Positions 42,984 to 53,492 of a stretch of DNA of 64,000 nucleotides are shown in pieces. The notes below the pieces were generated by a model. It had not been told where the DNA came from. It searched no databases and was given only the letters and a program-made list of their open reading frames with translations. Position 1 is the first letter of the stretch; each line of letters starts with the position of its first letter. Location: contig JAWKQS010000014.1 of NCBI GenBank assembly GCA_041389985.1, positions 14,553 through 78,552 of the forward strand, read 5' to 3'. The translations under genes were made by a program, and so were the position numbers. Source of the stretch: a bacterium (GTDB taxonomy: Bacteria > Myxococcota_A > Bradymonadia > UBA7976 > UBA1532).

Positions 42984-45305
42984 ATGCGCACCGCTCTGCT
43001 CCTCGCCTTCGCCCTGCTGTTCCCTCCGGCGATGGCGATCGCTCAGCCGGATCCCGATGAGGACGGCGACGTCGCCGATGAGGCCGACGGCGACGAGGCG
43101 CCCGCCCCCGCGAAGGCCGACGCCGCCGAGGGCGACGGGGAGGCCGACAAGGCCGACACGGCGGAGGCCGACAAGGCGGACACGGCCGACAAGGCCGACA
43201 AGCCCCGCAAGAAGAGGAAGGCCCCCAAGAGCAAGCCGGCCGACGACGAGGGCGACGACGGCGACGACGAGGCGCCCCCGAAGGCCGAGCCGCCGGCGGA
43301 GCCCGCGGCCGACCCGAAGGCCGAGCCGGCCCCCGCCGAGAAGACGGTGCTGTCCGAGAAGGCCACGGACGACGGCCGCCCGCCTCTGCGCCAGCGCGCG
43401 GCCGGGGTCGACGGCGCCATCGGCCTCGATCGGACCTGGTCGGCCGACCCCGGCGCCGAGGGGACCTTCCGCCTGAAGTTCGCGCTGCGCTGGTTCAACG
43501 CCACCGACTGGCCGATCGAGGGCAGCGACAACAGCTTCCTGGGCACGACGTTCGCGGCCGCCTACAGCCCCCTGCCCTTCCTGGAGACCTCGCTGGCGGT
43601 GCGCAGCACCAGCAATGACAACCCGGGCAGCCGCCCCGGCCTGCTGCAGACCCAGGGCGACCTGGATCTGGGGCTGAAGCTCGGCCACTTCTTCACCCCC
43701 GTCATCGGCGCGGGCGCGGGCGTGCAGGTCCATGTCCTGGGGGGCGTGGGCAACGTGGGGGCTGATCTCGATGGCATCGGGGCGACGTTCAAGGCCCTGC
43801 TGACGGTCGACCTGGAGCGGGCCGCCATCGCGCCCCTGCGCATCCTCCTCGACGTCGGCTACACCCTCGAAAACGGCGAGTCCGTCTACGCCGATCAGGC
43901 CCAGGAGCCTGATCTGATTCAGGAATGGGCGCTCCAGGCGTGGCGGTACGATCGCCTGCTGCTCGCCCTGGGCGTCGAGGTCCCGGTGGCCCCCTATGTG
44001 GCGCCGTTCCTGGAGTACCGCATCGGCACGCCCTTCCTGGTGGAGCTGTCCCGCCGCGGCCGGGGGGCCGAGACCTTCGACTTCAGCTCGGTGCCCCACA
44101 CCGTGGCCGGCGGCGTGCGCGCCTTCCCCGTGCCCGAGGTGGCCGTCGACGTCACGGGCCGCTTCGGCCTGAGCGACACGCCCTTCACGGGGGTGCAGTC
44201 GACCCCCCCGTGGGAGGTGGTGTTCGGCCTGAGCTACACCCTCGATCCGCGACCGAAGGTGGTGGAGCGCGAGGTGGCGCCCGTGAAGCCCGCGGTCGTG
44301 CGCGCCGCCGACGTCGGTGTGAGCGGGCGCGTGGTGGATGAGGACGGCAAGCCGGTCAGCGGCGCGCGCATCGCGTACAGCGGCAGGGACGTGAGCGTGT
44401 CGGCCCATGTCGCGGACGACGACGGCCGCTTCGCCGGCTACCGCTTCGCCCCTGGCACGCTGCGCGTCCGCGTCGAGGCGGAGGGCTACCTGCCCAAGGC
44501 GGTCAAGACGACGCTGAAGGAAGACAAGGACAAGAAGCTCAAGATCAAGCTGCGGCGCGATCCGAAGACGCTGAAGGGCAAGCTCGAGATCCGGGCCTTC
44601 GACGCCAAGGGCAAGCCCATGGGCGCCCAGGCGAAGCTGGATGATCCCGGGGCGTCGGCGGGCGAGCTGCGCGCGGAGGCGCCCCTGGTGCTGGAGCTGG
44701 CCGCCGGGTCCTTCACGCTCGAGGTGTCGACGGCGGGCTTCAAGACCATCCGGCAGCGCGTCGAGGTCAAGGGCGGCGAGTCCACGCCCATCCGCGTGGC
44801 GATGCAGCGAGGCCGCGGCGTGCTCAACGTGGGCGAGGAGGGGGCGCGGCCGGCCCTCACGCCGCCGGCGCCCATGGCCGCCGAGCCCGCCCCCCGCCGC
44901 GCCGCAGCCGCCGCCCCCGCCGAGGCCGGCCCGACGGCCACCCTGAAGGGCAAGCGTGTCCAGCCCGTGGGCGCCATCGAGTTCGCGGACGGGTCGGCGA
45001 AGCTGACCGGCGGCGGCAAGCGCGCGGTGGCCAGCGTGGCGGCCCTGCTCAAGCAGAACGCCGGCATCAAGCGCTTGCAGGTGGCCGCCCACACCGACAA
45101 CGCCGGCGAGGACGCCGCCCTGCGCGCCCTGAGCCTCCAGCAGGCCCAGGCCATCAAGGCCGCCCTGGTCTCCCGGGGCGTCGCGGCCGATCGCATCAGC
45201 GTCCAGGGCCTCGGCCCCGACAAGCCCATTGCCCCCAACGTCTCCGCCCGCGGTCGCGCCCGCAACCGCCGCGTCGAGCTCGATGTCCTGGAGATGGCGC
45301 CATGA
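42984..45305 (+). CDS. OmpA-family outer-membrane protein with acidic N-terminal linker
   Basis: Signal peptide MRTALLLAFALLFPPAMA. C-terminal OmpA-like domain (...HTDNAGEDAALRALSLQQAQAIKAALVSRGV...NRRVELDVL). Confidence 0.8.
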   Translation: MRTALLLAFALLFPPAMAIAQPDPDEDGDVADEADGDEAPAPAKADAAEGDGEADKADTAEADKADTADKADKPRKKRKAPKSKPADDEGDDGDDEAPPKAEPPAEPAADPKAEPAPAEKTVLSEKATDDGRPPLRQRAAGVDGAIGLDRTWSADPGAEGTFRLKFALRWFNATDWPIEGSDNSFLGTTFAAAYSPLPFLETSLAVRSTSNDNPGSRPGLLQTQGDLDLGLKLGHFFTPVIGAGAGVQVHVLGGVGNVGADLDGIGATFKALLTVDLERAAIAPLRILLDVGYTLENGESVYADQAQEPDLIQEWALQAWRYDRLLLALGVEVPVAPYVAPFLEYRIGTPFLVELSRRGRGAETFDFSSVPHTVAGGVRAFPVPEVAVDVTGRFGLSDTPFTGVQSTPPWEVVFGLSYTLDPRPKVVEREVAPVKPAVVRAADVGVSGRVVDEDGKPVSGARIAYSGRDVSVSAHVADDDGRFAGYRFAPGTLRVRVEAEGYLPKAVKTTLKEDKDKKLKIKLRRDPKTLKGKLEIRAFDAKGKPMGAQAKLDDPGASAGELRAEAPLVLELAAGSFTLEVSTAGFKTIRQRVEVKGGESTPIRVAMQRGRGVLNVGEEGARPALTPPAPMAAEPAPRRAAAAAPAEAGPTATLKGKRVQPVGAIEFADGSAKLTGGGKRAVASVAALLKQNAGIKRLQVAAHTDNAGEDAALRALSLQQAQAIKAALVSRGVAADRISVQGLGPDKPIAPNVSARGRARNRRVELDVLEMAP

Positions 45306-48300
45306 GACTGCTCCGCTGCCTGCCCGGTGTCCTGCTTGTTCTGCTGGCCGGCTGCGGCCGATCCAGCCTGGAGTGCGAGAGCCACGGCGACTGCGGGAGG
45401 GCCAGGCGTGCGTGGCCGACCACTGCGTCAGCGGGCCGGAGTGCGTCGAGGGCCTGTGCCCCCGCGGCCTCATCTGCGTGGCCAGCGTCTGCGTCGACGA
45501 GGCGCGGCTGCCCGGCGAGTGCGGCGGTGATGTGACCTGCCCCGTGGGGAGCGTCTGCGTCGCGGGGGCCTGCCTGCCCGACTGCGGCGACGGCGCCGCC
45601 TGCCAGCTCCTGGACGCCGGCCCGGACGCTGGCCCCGATGGCGGCACCGATGGCACCGTCGGGTGCGCCACCGACGAGGCCTGCGGCGCGGGCCGGATCT
45701 GCGAGGCCGGTGTCTGTCGCGACGGCTGCCGGGCCGACGGCACCTGCCCGCCGGCGAGCGCTGTGATCCCGATCGCCTGATCTGCGTGGGGATCGCTGCC
45801 GCGACGATGGCGACTGCACCGCCGCTCTTCGGCCAGTGCATCCCGGGCGGCCCCGGCTGCCGGGCCGACGCCGAGTGCGGCCCGGGCCTCGTCTGCGATC
45901 GCGTGCAGGGGGTCTGCGTGGCCGCCGTCTGCATGATCGACGCCGACTGCCCCCCCGGCTCCATCTGCGAGGCCGGTGAGTGCGTGGGCGCCCCGGGCTG
46001 CCGCGACGATCGCGACTGCCCCGCTGGCCGGCTGTGCGTCGCGGGTGAGTGCCTCGACGTGGCCTGCCGCAACGACCGCGACTGCCCCCGCGGCGAGATC
46101 TGCGAGGCCAACGAGTGCGTCCCGGCGCCCCAGTGCCGTCGCGACAGCGACTGCCCCCTCGACTTCCGCTGCGTCGAGGGCCTGTGCCGCTTCACGCCCG
46201 AGTGCCAGGTGGACGTCGACTGCCCCCCCGGCGAGCGCTGCGAGCAGAACCGCTGCATCGCCGACGTGGAGTGTCGCGCCGACGACGAGTGCCCGCCGGG
46301 CTTCCGGTGCGGCGACGCTGGCCGCTGCGTCTTCAGCGGCGAGTGCCTCGACGACACCCAGTGCCCCCCGCGCTCCATCTGCCTGGACAACCTGTGCGTC
46401 CGCAACGGCTGCCGGGCCGACCGCGACTGCCCGCCCGGCCAGGCCTGCGGCGCCGCCGGCCAGTGCGAGCCCGCCCCCGAGTGCCGCGGCGACGCCGACT
46501 GCCCCCTCGGCACGGCCTGCATCGAGAACGCCTGCGTGGTGGTGCCCGCGTGCCGCGATGACGCGGGCTGCCCGGACGGCCGCGTCTGCGTCGACAACCG
46601 CTGCGTCATCGCCGGCTGCATGCAGGACCTCGACTGCCCGGCCGACACCGTCTGCGTCGGCGGCGCCTGCGTCCCCCGCGCGTGCCGCACCAACGACGAG
46701 TGCCCCGCCCCCCTGGGCTGCGTGAACGGCGCCTGCCTGCCCGTCGAGTGCGTCGAGGATCGCGACTGCCCCATCGGCGCCCAGTGCCGCGGCAACCTGT
46801 GCTTCTTCCCCCCCAACTGCCGGACGGACGACCAGTGCCCGCCGGGCAACCGCTGCGTCGGCGGCGCCTGCGAGCCCGCCGGCTGCCAGGACGATCGCGG
46901 CTGCCAGCCCGACGAGCAGTGCGAGTTCGGCCGGTGCGTGGCGCTGGAGTGCCGCGAGGACCGCGACTGCGGCCCCGACGTCTTCTGCATCAACAACGCC
47001 TGCGTCCCCGACTTCCAGTGCCGCCAGGACCAGGACTGCCCCAACCCCCTGACGTGCCAGGGCGGGCGCTGCCGCATCGCCAACCAGTGCGAGGTGGACG
47101 CCGACTGCCCCCCCGGCATCGAGTGCGTCTTCGGCGCCTGCATCCCCCTGCCGCCGCCCCAGTGCCAGCGCGACGCCGACTGCGGCCGCCGCGAGCAGTG
47201 CCTCTTCGGCCAGTGCATCCCAGGCGGCCCCGGCTGCCGGGCCGACGCCGAGTGCGGCCCGGGCTTCGTCTGCGATCGCGTGCAGGGGGTCTGCGTGGCC
47301 GCCGGCTGCGTCGTCGACGCCCAGTGCCAGCCCGGCCAGGTCTGCGAGGGCAACGTGTGCGTGCCCGCGCCGGAGTGTCGCGTCGATGCCGACTGCGGCC
47401 CGGGCGAAGCCTGCCGCGGGGGCATCTGCACCTTCGTCGGCGAGTGCCGCGTGCCCCGTGACTGCCCTGGCGGGTTCACCTGCCAGGACTTCCGCTGCAC
47501 CCCCATCCAGGCCTGCGGCCCCGGCCAGCCCTGCGCCGACGCCGAGATCTGCATCAACGGCCGCTGCGTCCCCGACGGGGCCTGCCAGGACGACGCCCAG
47601 TGCGGCGCGGGCCTGCGCTGCCTCGATGGCCGCTGCCAGCCCGAGTGCATCGGCGACGTGGACTGCGCCGCGGGTGAGCAGTGCCGCGAGGGCCAGTGCA
47701 TCTTCGCCGGCGAGTGCCGCCGCGACGTGGAGTGCCCTGCCGGCCTGATTTGCCAGGAGTTCCGCTGTGTTCCGCCTGCCCCCGAGTGCATGGCGGCGGC
47801 GGACTGCGGCGCCGGCTTCGACTGCGTGCGCGGCCGCTGCGTGTTCACGGGCGAGTGCGCCGACGACCGCGACTGCGGCCTGGGCGAGATCTGCCAGGAC
47901 GCCCTCTGCGTGCCCTCCGCCCAGTGCGGCGACGGTCGCCCCTGCCCGATGGGCGAGATCTGCGCCAACGGCCGCTGCGTCTTCCAGGGCGAGTGCCGCG
48001 TCAACGCCGACTGCCCCGCCCTCTTCTCCTGCCAGGCCTTCCGCTGCGTCGAGACCGGCCGGTGCGAGAACAACGCCGACTGCCCGGCGGGCCAGATCTG
48101 CGACGGCATCAGCCGCACCTGCATCGCCGACGTGGCCTGCAACGGCAACGCCGACTGCGCCCGCGGCGAGCGCTGCATCGCGAACCAGTGTCGCCCCCTC
48201 GACTTCTGCCGCCAGGACGCCGACTGCCCCGCGGGCGGCTTCTGCGACCAGGCCGCCCAGATCTGTCGCCCCACCCCCGACTGCTTTGGCGACGGGGACT

Positions 48301-50510
48301 GCGCCGCCAACGAGCGGTGCGACCAGGGCGTGTGCCAGCCGGTGGTCTGCCGCGTCGATGCGGACTGCGACAACGAGTTCACCTGCGCGGCCGGTCGCTG
48401 CATCCCGCCGTTCTTCTGCCAGCGCCGCGCCGACTGCCCCTTCCCGGAGAACATCTGCGAGAACGGCGTGTGCGTGACGCCCAACGGCTGTCGCAACGAC
48501 GCGGACTGCGGCCCCGAGGAGAGCTGCGTGGCCGGGCAGTGCGTCTTCATCCCGCCCCCGGAGTGCCAGCGTGACGCCGACTGCCCCGCTCAGCAGGTCT
48601 GCGAGTTCGGCTTCTGCACCCTCCGCGCGTGCCAGAACGACGCCGAGTGCCCCATGGGCCAGGCCTGCCAGGGCGGTCAGTGCGTCGAGGCCCCCAACCT
48701 CTGCCGGCTCGACACCGACTGCGCCCGCGGCGAGCTCTGCCGCAACGGCCAGTGCGCCGTGGTCCCGGGGAGCTGCCGGGCCGACGCCGAGTGCCCCCTG
48801 GGCCAGAGCTGCTCCCAGCAGTTCTGCCTGCCCTTCTGCCGCGACGACAGCCGCTGCCCCGCGGGCCAGGCCTGCGGCGCCGACCGCCAGTGCGCCCCCA
48901 TCGAGAACCCCTGCCGCGTCAACGAGGACTGCCCCGCGGGCGAGTTCTGCGCCGCCGGTGGCCAGTGCCAGGTGGGCTGCCGGGCGGCCGACGAGTGCCT
49001 CCCCGGCCTCGCCTGCGTCGCGGGGCGGTGCGTGGACCAGGCCGGGTGCCGCAGCGCCGACGACTGCCAGGCGGGCCAGCAGTGCGTCAACCGCGTCTGC
49101 GTCGGCCAGCCCCTGGAGTGCCGCGTCGACGCCGACTGCGGCGGCGGGCGGCGGTGCCAGGACGGCGTCTGCGTCCTCGACGGCTGCCAGGATGACGCCG
49201 ACTGCCCGGCCGGCCTGAGCTGCGTCAACGGGGCCTGCCAGCAGGCCCCCGTCTGCGCCGGCGACGCCGACTTCCCCACCCTGATCTTCAACGGGGCCGG
49301 GGTGCAGCGGCTCGTCGTCGACACCACCGGCGCGCGCAACGCCTACACCGCGACCTGCGGCGGCAACGCCGGCGGCCTCGATCAGGTGGTCCGAATCGAC
49401 CTGCGCGTGGCCGCCCAGGTCGACATCGAGGTCACCCAGGCCACCTACGACACCGTGCTGCACCTGCGGCGGATTTGCGACGACGCCGACACCCAGGTCG
49501 CCTGCGACGACGACGGCGGCCAGGGCACCCGGTCCCGCCTGACCCTCCAGGTGCTCCAGGCCGGCGGCTACTTCCTCTTCGTGGACGGCTTCGGCAACGA
49601 CCGGGTCGGCGGGCCCACCACGGTCGAGATCCGCGTCGCCGACCTGGCCGCGTGCCAGGTGGACGCCGACTGCCCCAACGCCGGCCGCTGCGTCGGCGGG
49701 GCCTGCGTCCCCGGCGGCTGCCAGGCCGACAACCAGTGCGCCGCCGGCGAGATCTGCCTCGGCGGCGAGTGCCAGGCGGGGCGCCGCTGCCGCGTCGACG
49801 CCGGGTGTCTCAACGGTGACATCTGCGTCGGCGGCCTCTGCCGCGAGCCCCAGTGCACCCTCGACACCGACTGCGCCCGCGGCCTGATCTGCGAGGCCCG
49901 CCAGTGCCGCGCCCCGCAGTGCGCCCGGGACAACGACTGCGCCGCCGGGAGCGTCTGCGTCGAAGGCCGCTGCGAGATCGCCCAGTGCATGGTGGATCTG
50001 GACTGCCCCGGCGCGACCATCTGCGAGGACGGCCGGTGCACCGATCCGCTCTGCCTGCGCGACGACCAGTGCGCCGCCAACGAGCGCTGCCGGGCCGGCC
50101 GCTGCGAGCTGCGCGCTGACTTCTGCGGCCAGGACGCCGACTGCGCCGCCGGCCAGATCTGCGAGGGGGAGGCCTGCCAGGGCACCAACGGCCGCTGCGC
50201 CGACATCGACGCCTGCGGCGCCGCCGACTACTGCATCAACGGCAACTGCACGGCCCCCGTCCAGTGCCAGAACAACCAGCAGTGTCGCCGCATCGTGCCG
50301 ATCTTCACCTGCCAGCAGGGCATCTGCCGCCCGCCGGTCAACCAGTGCCGCCGCAACAGCGAGTGCGCCGTCGGCGGCAGCTGCGTGTTCGGCATCTGCG
50401 CCCCCCTCCAGAGCCCCGAGTGCGTGCGCGACGTGGACTGCGGCGACGGCCGCCTCTGCGAAGGCGAGCGCTGCGTCGCCCCCGGATCTGCCGGGGGCTC
50501 CGCACCGATT
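45302..50510 (+). CDS. Giant Cys-rich secreted lipoprotein (about 1700 aa) with about 60 tandem 25-30-aa repeats CxxDxDCPxGxxCxxGxC and an internal PPC-like domain; at least 2 frameshifts near 45420 and 45770; 3' end not resolved
   Basis: N-terminus MRLLRCLPGVLLVLLAGCG. The repeat array runs through ORFs 45302..45535, 45229..45780 and 45663..50828. The ECF-sigma terminator at about 50510-50558 bounds the 3' end. Confidence 0.55.
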
Positions 50511-50558
50511 CCAGAGAGAAAACGAGGAGTTCCCGGCGCCGCAGGGGCGCGGCGCCGG
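50511..50558 (-). terminator. Putative intrinsic terminator for the minus-strand ECF sigma gene
   Basis: Perfect 10-bp GC stem ccggcgccgc / gcggcgccgg (50533-50542 and 50549-50558) with a 6-nt loop, followed on the minus strand by ttttctctct after 12 nt. It sits between convergent genes. Confidence 0.4.
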
Positions 50559-50564
50559 CGCGGC

Positions 50565-51440
50565 TCAGGCGGCCGCGCGCACGGAGAGCAGCCAGCCCGC
50601 CTCGGGGGCGCTGACCTCGAGGCCCGTCCCGATCTCGGCCGACCAGGTGAGCATCGAGAGGCGCAGATCGCGGTCGCCCTGCAGCTCGCCGAAGCCCACA
50701 TGCCCCTCCAGGCCGGGGATCTGGCGCAGCAGCGGCACGAGGGCCCGGTCGCGGCGCAGCCGGGCCCGGCGGACCACGTTGCCCACGTCGGTCGCCTTCA
50801 GCTCCAGCCGCTCGGCCACCGCGGGTAGCCCAGCCCCTCGATCTCCACCAGCACCAGCGCCGCGCGCTCGGTCCGGGGCAGGCCGTTCACGGCTTCCATC
50901 ACGGCGTCGCGCAGGGCCAGGGCCAGCACGTCGCGGTGGGCGCGCAGCAGGCGCCGCTCGGGATCGCCCCCGTCCGTCGCCCGCGGCCACGGCTCGTCGC
51001 CCGCACCCGCGGGCGGTCGTCCATCGTGCCCCGGTACTCGGGCCGGCGACGGCGCAGGAAGTCGATGGTGCGGTGATCAGCGATGGAGAGGAGCAGGGCG
51101 TAGCGGATGCTGTGCTCCTCGCGATCGGCGAGGCGGATGAGGCGCTGGATGGCCATGGCGGTCGTCGCCACCAGATCCGCCACCTCCTCCGACTCGGGGT
51201 CCTGCCCGGACGAGGCCAGCCGCCGACGGATGCGGCCCGCCAGCCGGCGCTGGAGGACGTCAAAGACGAACGCGGTGAGGGCGCCGTGCGGTAGCCCAGA
51301 TCCAGGCAGCCGTTGAGGACGCGCTCGAAGCTGGCGATGGTGTCCACCTCGGGGCAGGCGGCGGTGGCGTCCAGCAGCGCGAGGACGGCGCGGCGGCGCT
51401 CAAGGCGAGCGTCATCGGCGTCGGCCTGTTGCACGCGGCT
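50565..51440 (-). CDS. ECF-type RNA polymerase sigma factor (reading frame interrupted at least twice)
   Basis: Region-2-like ADLVATTAMAIQRLIRLADREEHSIRYALLLSIADHRTIDFLRRRR. Region-4-like ...LVLVEIEGLGYPAVAERLELKATDVGNVVRRARLRRD. The pieces lie in three frames. Confidence 0.45.
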   Translation of the reverse strand, partial: SRVQQADADDARLERRRAVLALLDATAACPEVDTIASFERVLNGCLDLGYRTAPSPRSSLTSSSAGWRAASVGGWPRPGRTPSRRRWRIWWRRPPWPSSASSASPIARSTASATPCSSPSLITAPSTSCAVAGPSTGARWTTARGCGRRAVAAGDGRGRSRAAPAARPPRRAGPGPARRRDGSRERPAPDRARGAGAGGDRGAGLPAVAERLELKATDVGNVVRRARLRRDRALVPLLRQIPGLEGHVGFGELQGDRDLRLSMLTWSAEIGTGLEVSAPEAGWLLSVRAAA

Positions 51441-51544
51441 GCGCACGGCGACCCGGAAGCGGCGGAGCGGACCCGCCACGCCCAGGGGCGGGCTGACGTG
51501 GGTGGCGGCGGCGGCGTCGAGGGTGAACGGGGCGAGCGGCGCGT

Positions 51545-52176
51545 TCATCGGGCCACCCCCCGGCGGCGAGCGGCCAGGAAGGCCAGGGCCAGCAGGCCGA
51601 GGACGCCCACGGGCGCGGGGCCGCCCGGCGCCGCGGCGCAGCCGCCCGATCCTCCGATCGCCGTCGGCACGGGCGACGCCTCCCGCGAGGGGCTGGGGGC
51701 GGGCTCGTCCGCCTCGGGGCCCGCGATGGGCGCGTCATCGGCCGGGATGGACAGGTCCAGCTCGACCTCTTCGGTGGGATCCGGCGACGCGGCCTCGTCC
51801 TGGGGCCGGCCCTTGCCACCGGGCTGCATGCTGAAGCCGCCGCCGACGCCGGTGCCGACCTCCGGGCCCCCGAAGCCGGGCTGGACGCCGGGATCGGGCA
51901 GGCTGGGATCCACCGGCGGCGTGCCCGGGCTGACCTTCGGGACGGGGAGGATGAACGCCACCAGGTCGCCCTGACCGGCGCAGAACTCCTCGGGGCTCAG
52001 GGCCCCGGGGTACCGCGCCACGTCGAGGGCGACGGCGATGACGTCGTCGTCCATGGAGACGAACCCGAGGTCCGCGCCCACCAGGACGCCACCGTCGGCG
52101 CAGTCGATCAGGGGGTCGCCTGGGCCGCCCCTGCGAAGCCCAGGATCAGCCCCAGGACCGAGGTCATCCGCATCAT
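51545..52176 (-). CDS. Secreted protein with MYXO-CTERM-like sorting signal; frameshift in a C5 run near 52100
   Basis: GGGAG RBS then ATGATG. Signal peptide MMRMTSVLGLILGFAGAAQA. C-terminus ...GGSGGCAAAPGGPAPVGVLGLLALAFLAARRRGVAR (Cys, then hydrophobic stretch, then Arg cluster). Confidence 0.55.
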
Positions 52177-52316
52177 GTGTCCCACTCCCGCCGTCAGCCG
52201 GTGAACGGCGTTCCCGGGGGAACCACGATGCAAAGTCGGAGCCAGCCGGAATAACTTCGGCAAACCACTGAAATCAGAGAACTATCCCGGCCTCCGCGGG
52301 TCGGGGCGTCAGGCGT

Positions 52317-52790
52317 TCACCCGCGAACGGCTGCCGAGAAGGCCGCCTGGATGGCCTCGGCGCGGGGGCCGCGGGCCTCGAGGCGGAGGCGCCGCCCGCT
52401 GCCCTCGTGGGTGAGGGCGAGCCAGAGCACATCCGCCGGGAGCACCTCCGGGGCGCGGCCCGGCCACTCCACGAACCCCACCCCGTCGACCCCCAGCAGG
52501 TCCTCGAGGCCGAGGCCCAGCAGCTCGTCGGGATCGCTGATGCGGTAGAGATCGATGTGGTGGAACGGCAGCCGGCCCGGGTGGGACTGCAAGATGGCGA
52601 AGGTGGGGCTGTTGACGTAGTGGCCCGGCCGGACCGCGAGGCCCCGCGCGACCCCCTGGGCGAAGCAGGTCTTCCCCGCCCCCAGGTCGCCCACGGCGGC
52701 AACGACGTCGCCCTCGGCGAGCAGGCGCCCCAGCACCTCGCCGGCCGCGCGGGTCGCGTCCTCGTCGGCCAGGAACCAGCCCTCCGTCAT
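52317..52790 (-). CDS. tsaE: tRNA threonylcarbamoyladenosine biosynthesis ATPase TsaE
   Basis: Motifs GDLGAGKTCFAQG...VNSPTFAI. Confidence 0.8.
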   Translation of the reverse strand: MTEGWFLADEDATRAAGEVLGRLLAEGDVVAAVGDLGAGKTCFAQGVARGLAVRPGHYVNSPTFAILQSHPGRLPFHHIDLYRISDPDELLGLGLEDLLGVDGVGFVEWPGRAPEVLPADVLWLALTHEGSGRRLRLEARGPRAEAIQAAFSAAVRG

Positions 52791-53278
52791 GCCGCCGCGA
52801 GCTCCCGGCGCAGCCGCTCGACCACCGGCCGATCGGCCGGGGGCAAGGGCAGCTCCACCAGCTCGGCCGCCGTCAGCCAGCGGATCTCGGCCACCTCCAG
52901 GCACCGCGGCTCCCCCTCGACGAGGCGCGCCTCGTACACCAGGAGGATGACCTCCTTCTCGGGGTAGACGTGGTGGCCCACGGCGAAGACGTCACCGACG
53001 GCCACCCGCACCCCCAGCTCCTCCTCGATCTCGCGGGCCAGCGCGACGTCGGGCGCCTCGCCGGGCTCGACCTTCCCCCCGGGGAACTCCCAGGCGTGGG
53101 CGAGGTGCGTGCCGGCCGGCCGGCGGCTGACCAGGAAGAGCGACGCCTCCGGGCTGCCGTCCCGGCCCCGGATGAGGCCCGCGGCCACGACGATCCGCTT
53201 CAACGGCGAAAGCCCGGCCGCCCGGTGTGGGCCGACGACTCGAGGCGCAGCCCCAGGAGCGCGCTGTAGGGCAGGCAC
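52787..53278 (-). CDS. NUDIX hydrolase (MutT-like)
   Basis: Nudix box GGKVEPGEAPDVALAREIEEELG. Stop overlaps the tsaE start. The true start may be TTG 53213. Confidence 0.7.
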   Translation of the reverse strand: MPALQRAPGAAPRVVGPHRAAGLSPLKRIVVAAGLIRGRDGSPEASLFLVSRRPAGTHLAHAWEFPGGKVEPGEAPDVALAREIEEELGVRVAVGDVFAVGHHVYPEKEVILLVYEARLVEGEPRCLEVAEIRWLTAAELVELPLPPADRPVVERLRRELAAA

Positions 53279-53492
53279 CAGGTGGCCTCGGCCGACTCGG
53301 CGGTGACGAAGCCCTCACCCAGCGTCATGTGGCGCAGCTTGCCGAGGGGCACGGGCCCGGCGGCGCTGGCGAGCAGGAGAGCGAAGGTGTTGCCGTCCTC
53401 GGCGACACTCCAGAAGTCCCCCTCCCCCTTCATCTCGGGGCGGGTGGCAAGCATGGCGGCGAGCAGGGGCTGATCCATGGGTCGGTCTCTCG

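Noticed and set aside
51290-51548. N-terminal 85 codons of ORF 50565..51548 as part of the ECF sigma factor
   Set aside because: The sequence does not resemble ECF region 1/2. The sigma-like segments begin further downstream. It was left outside the sigma call.
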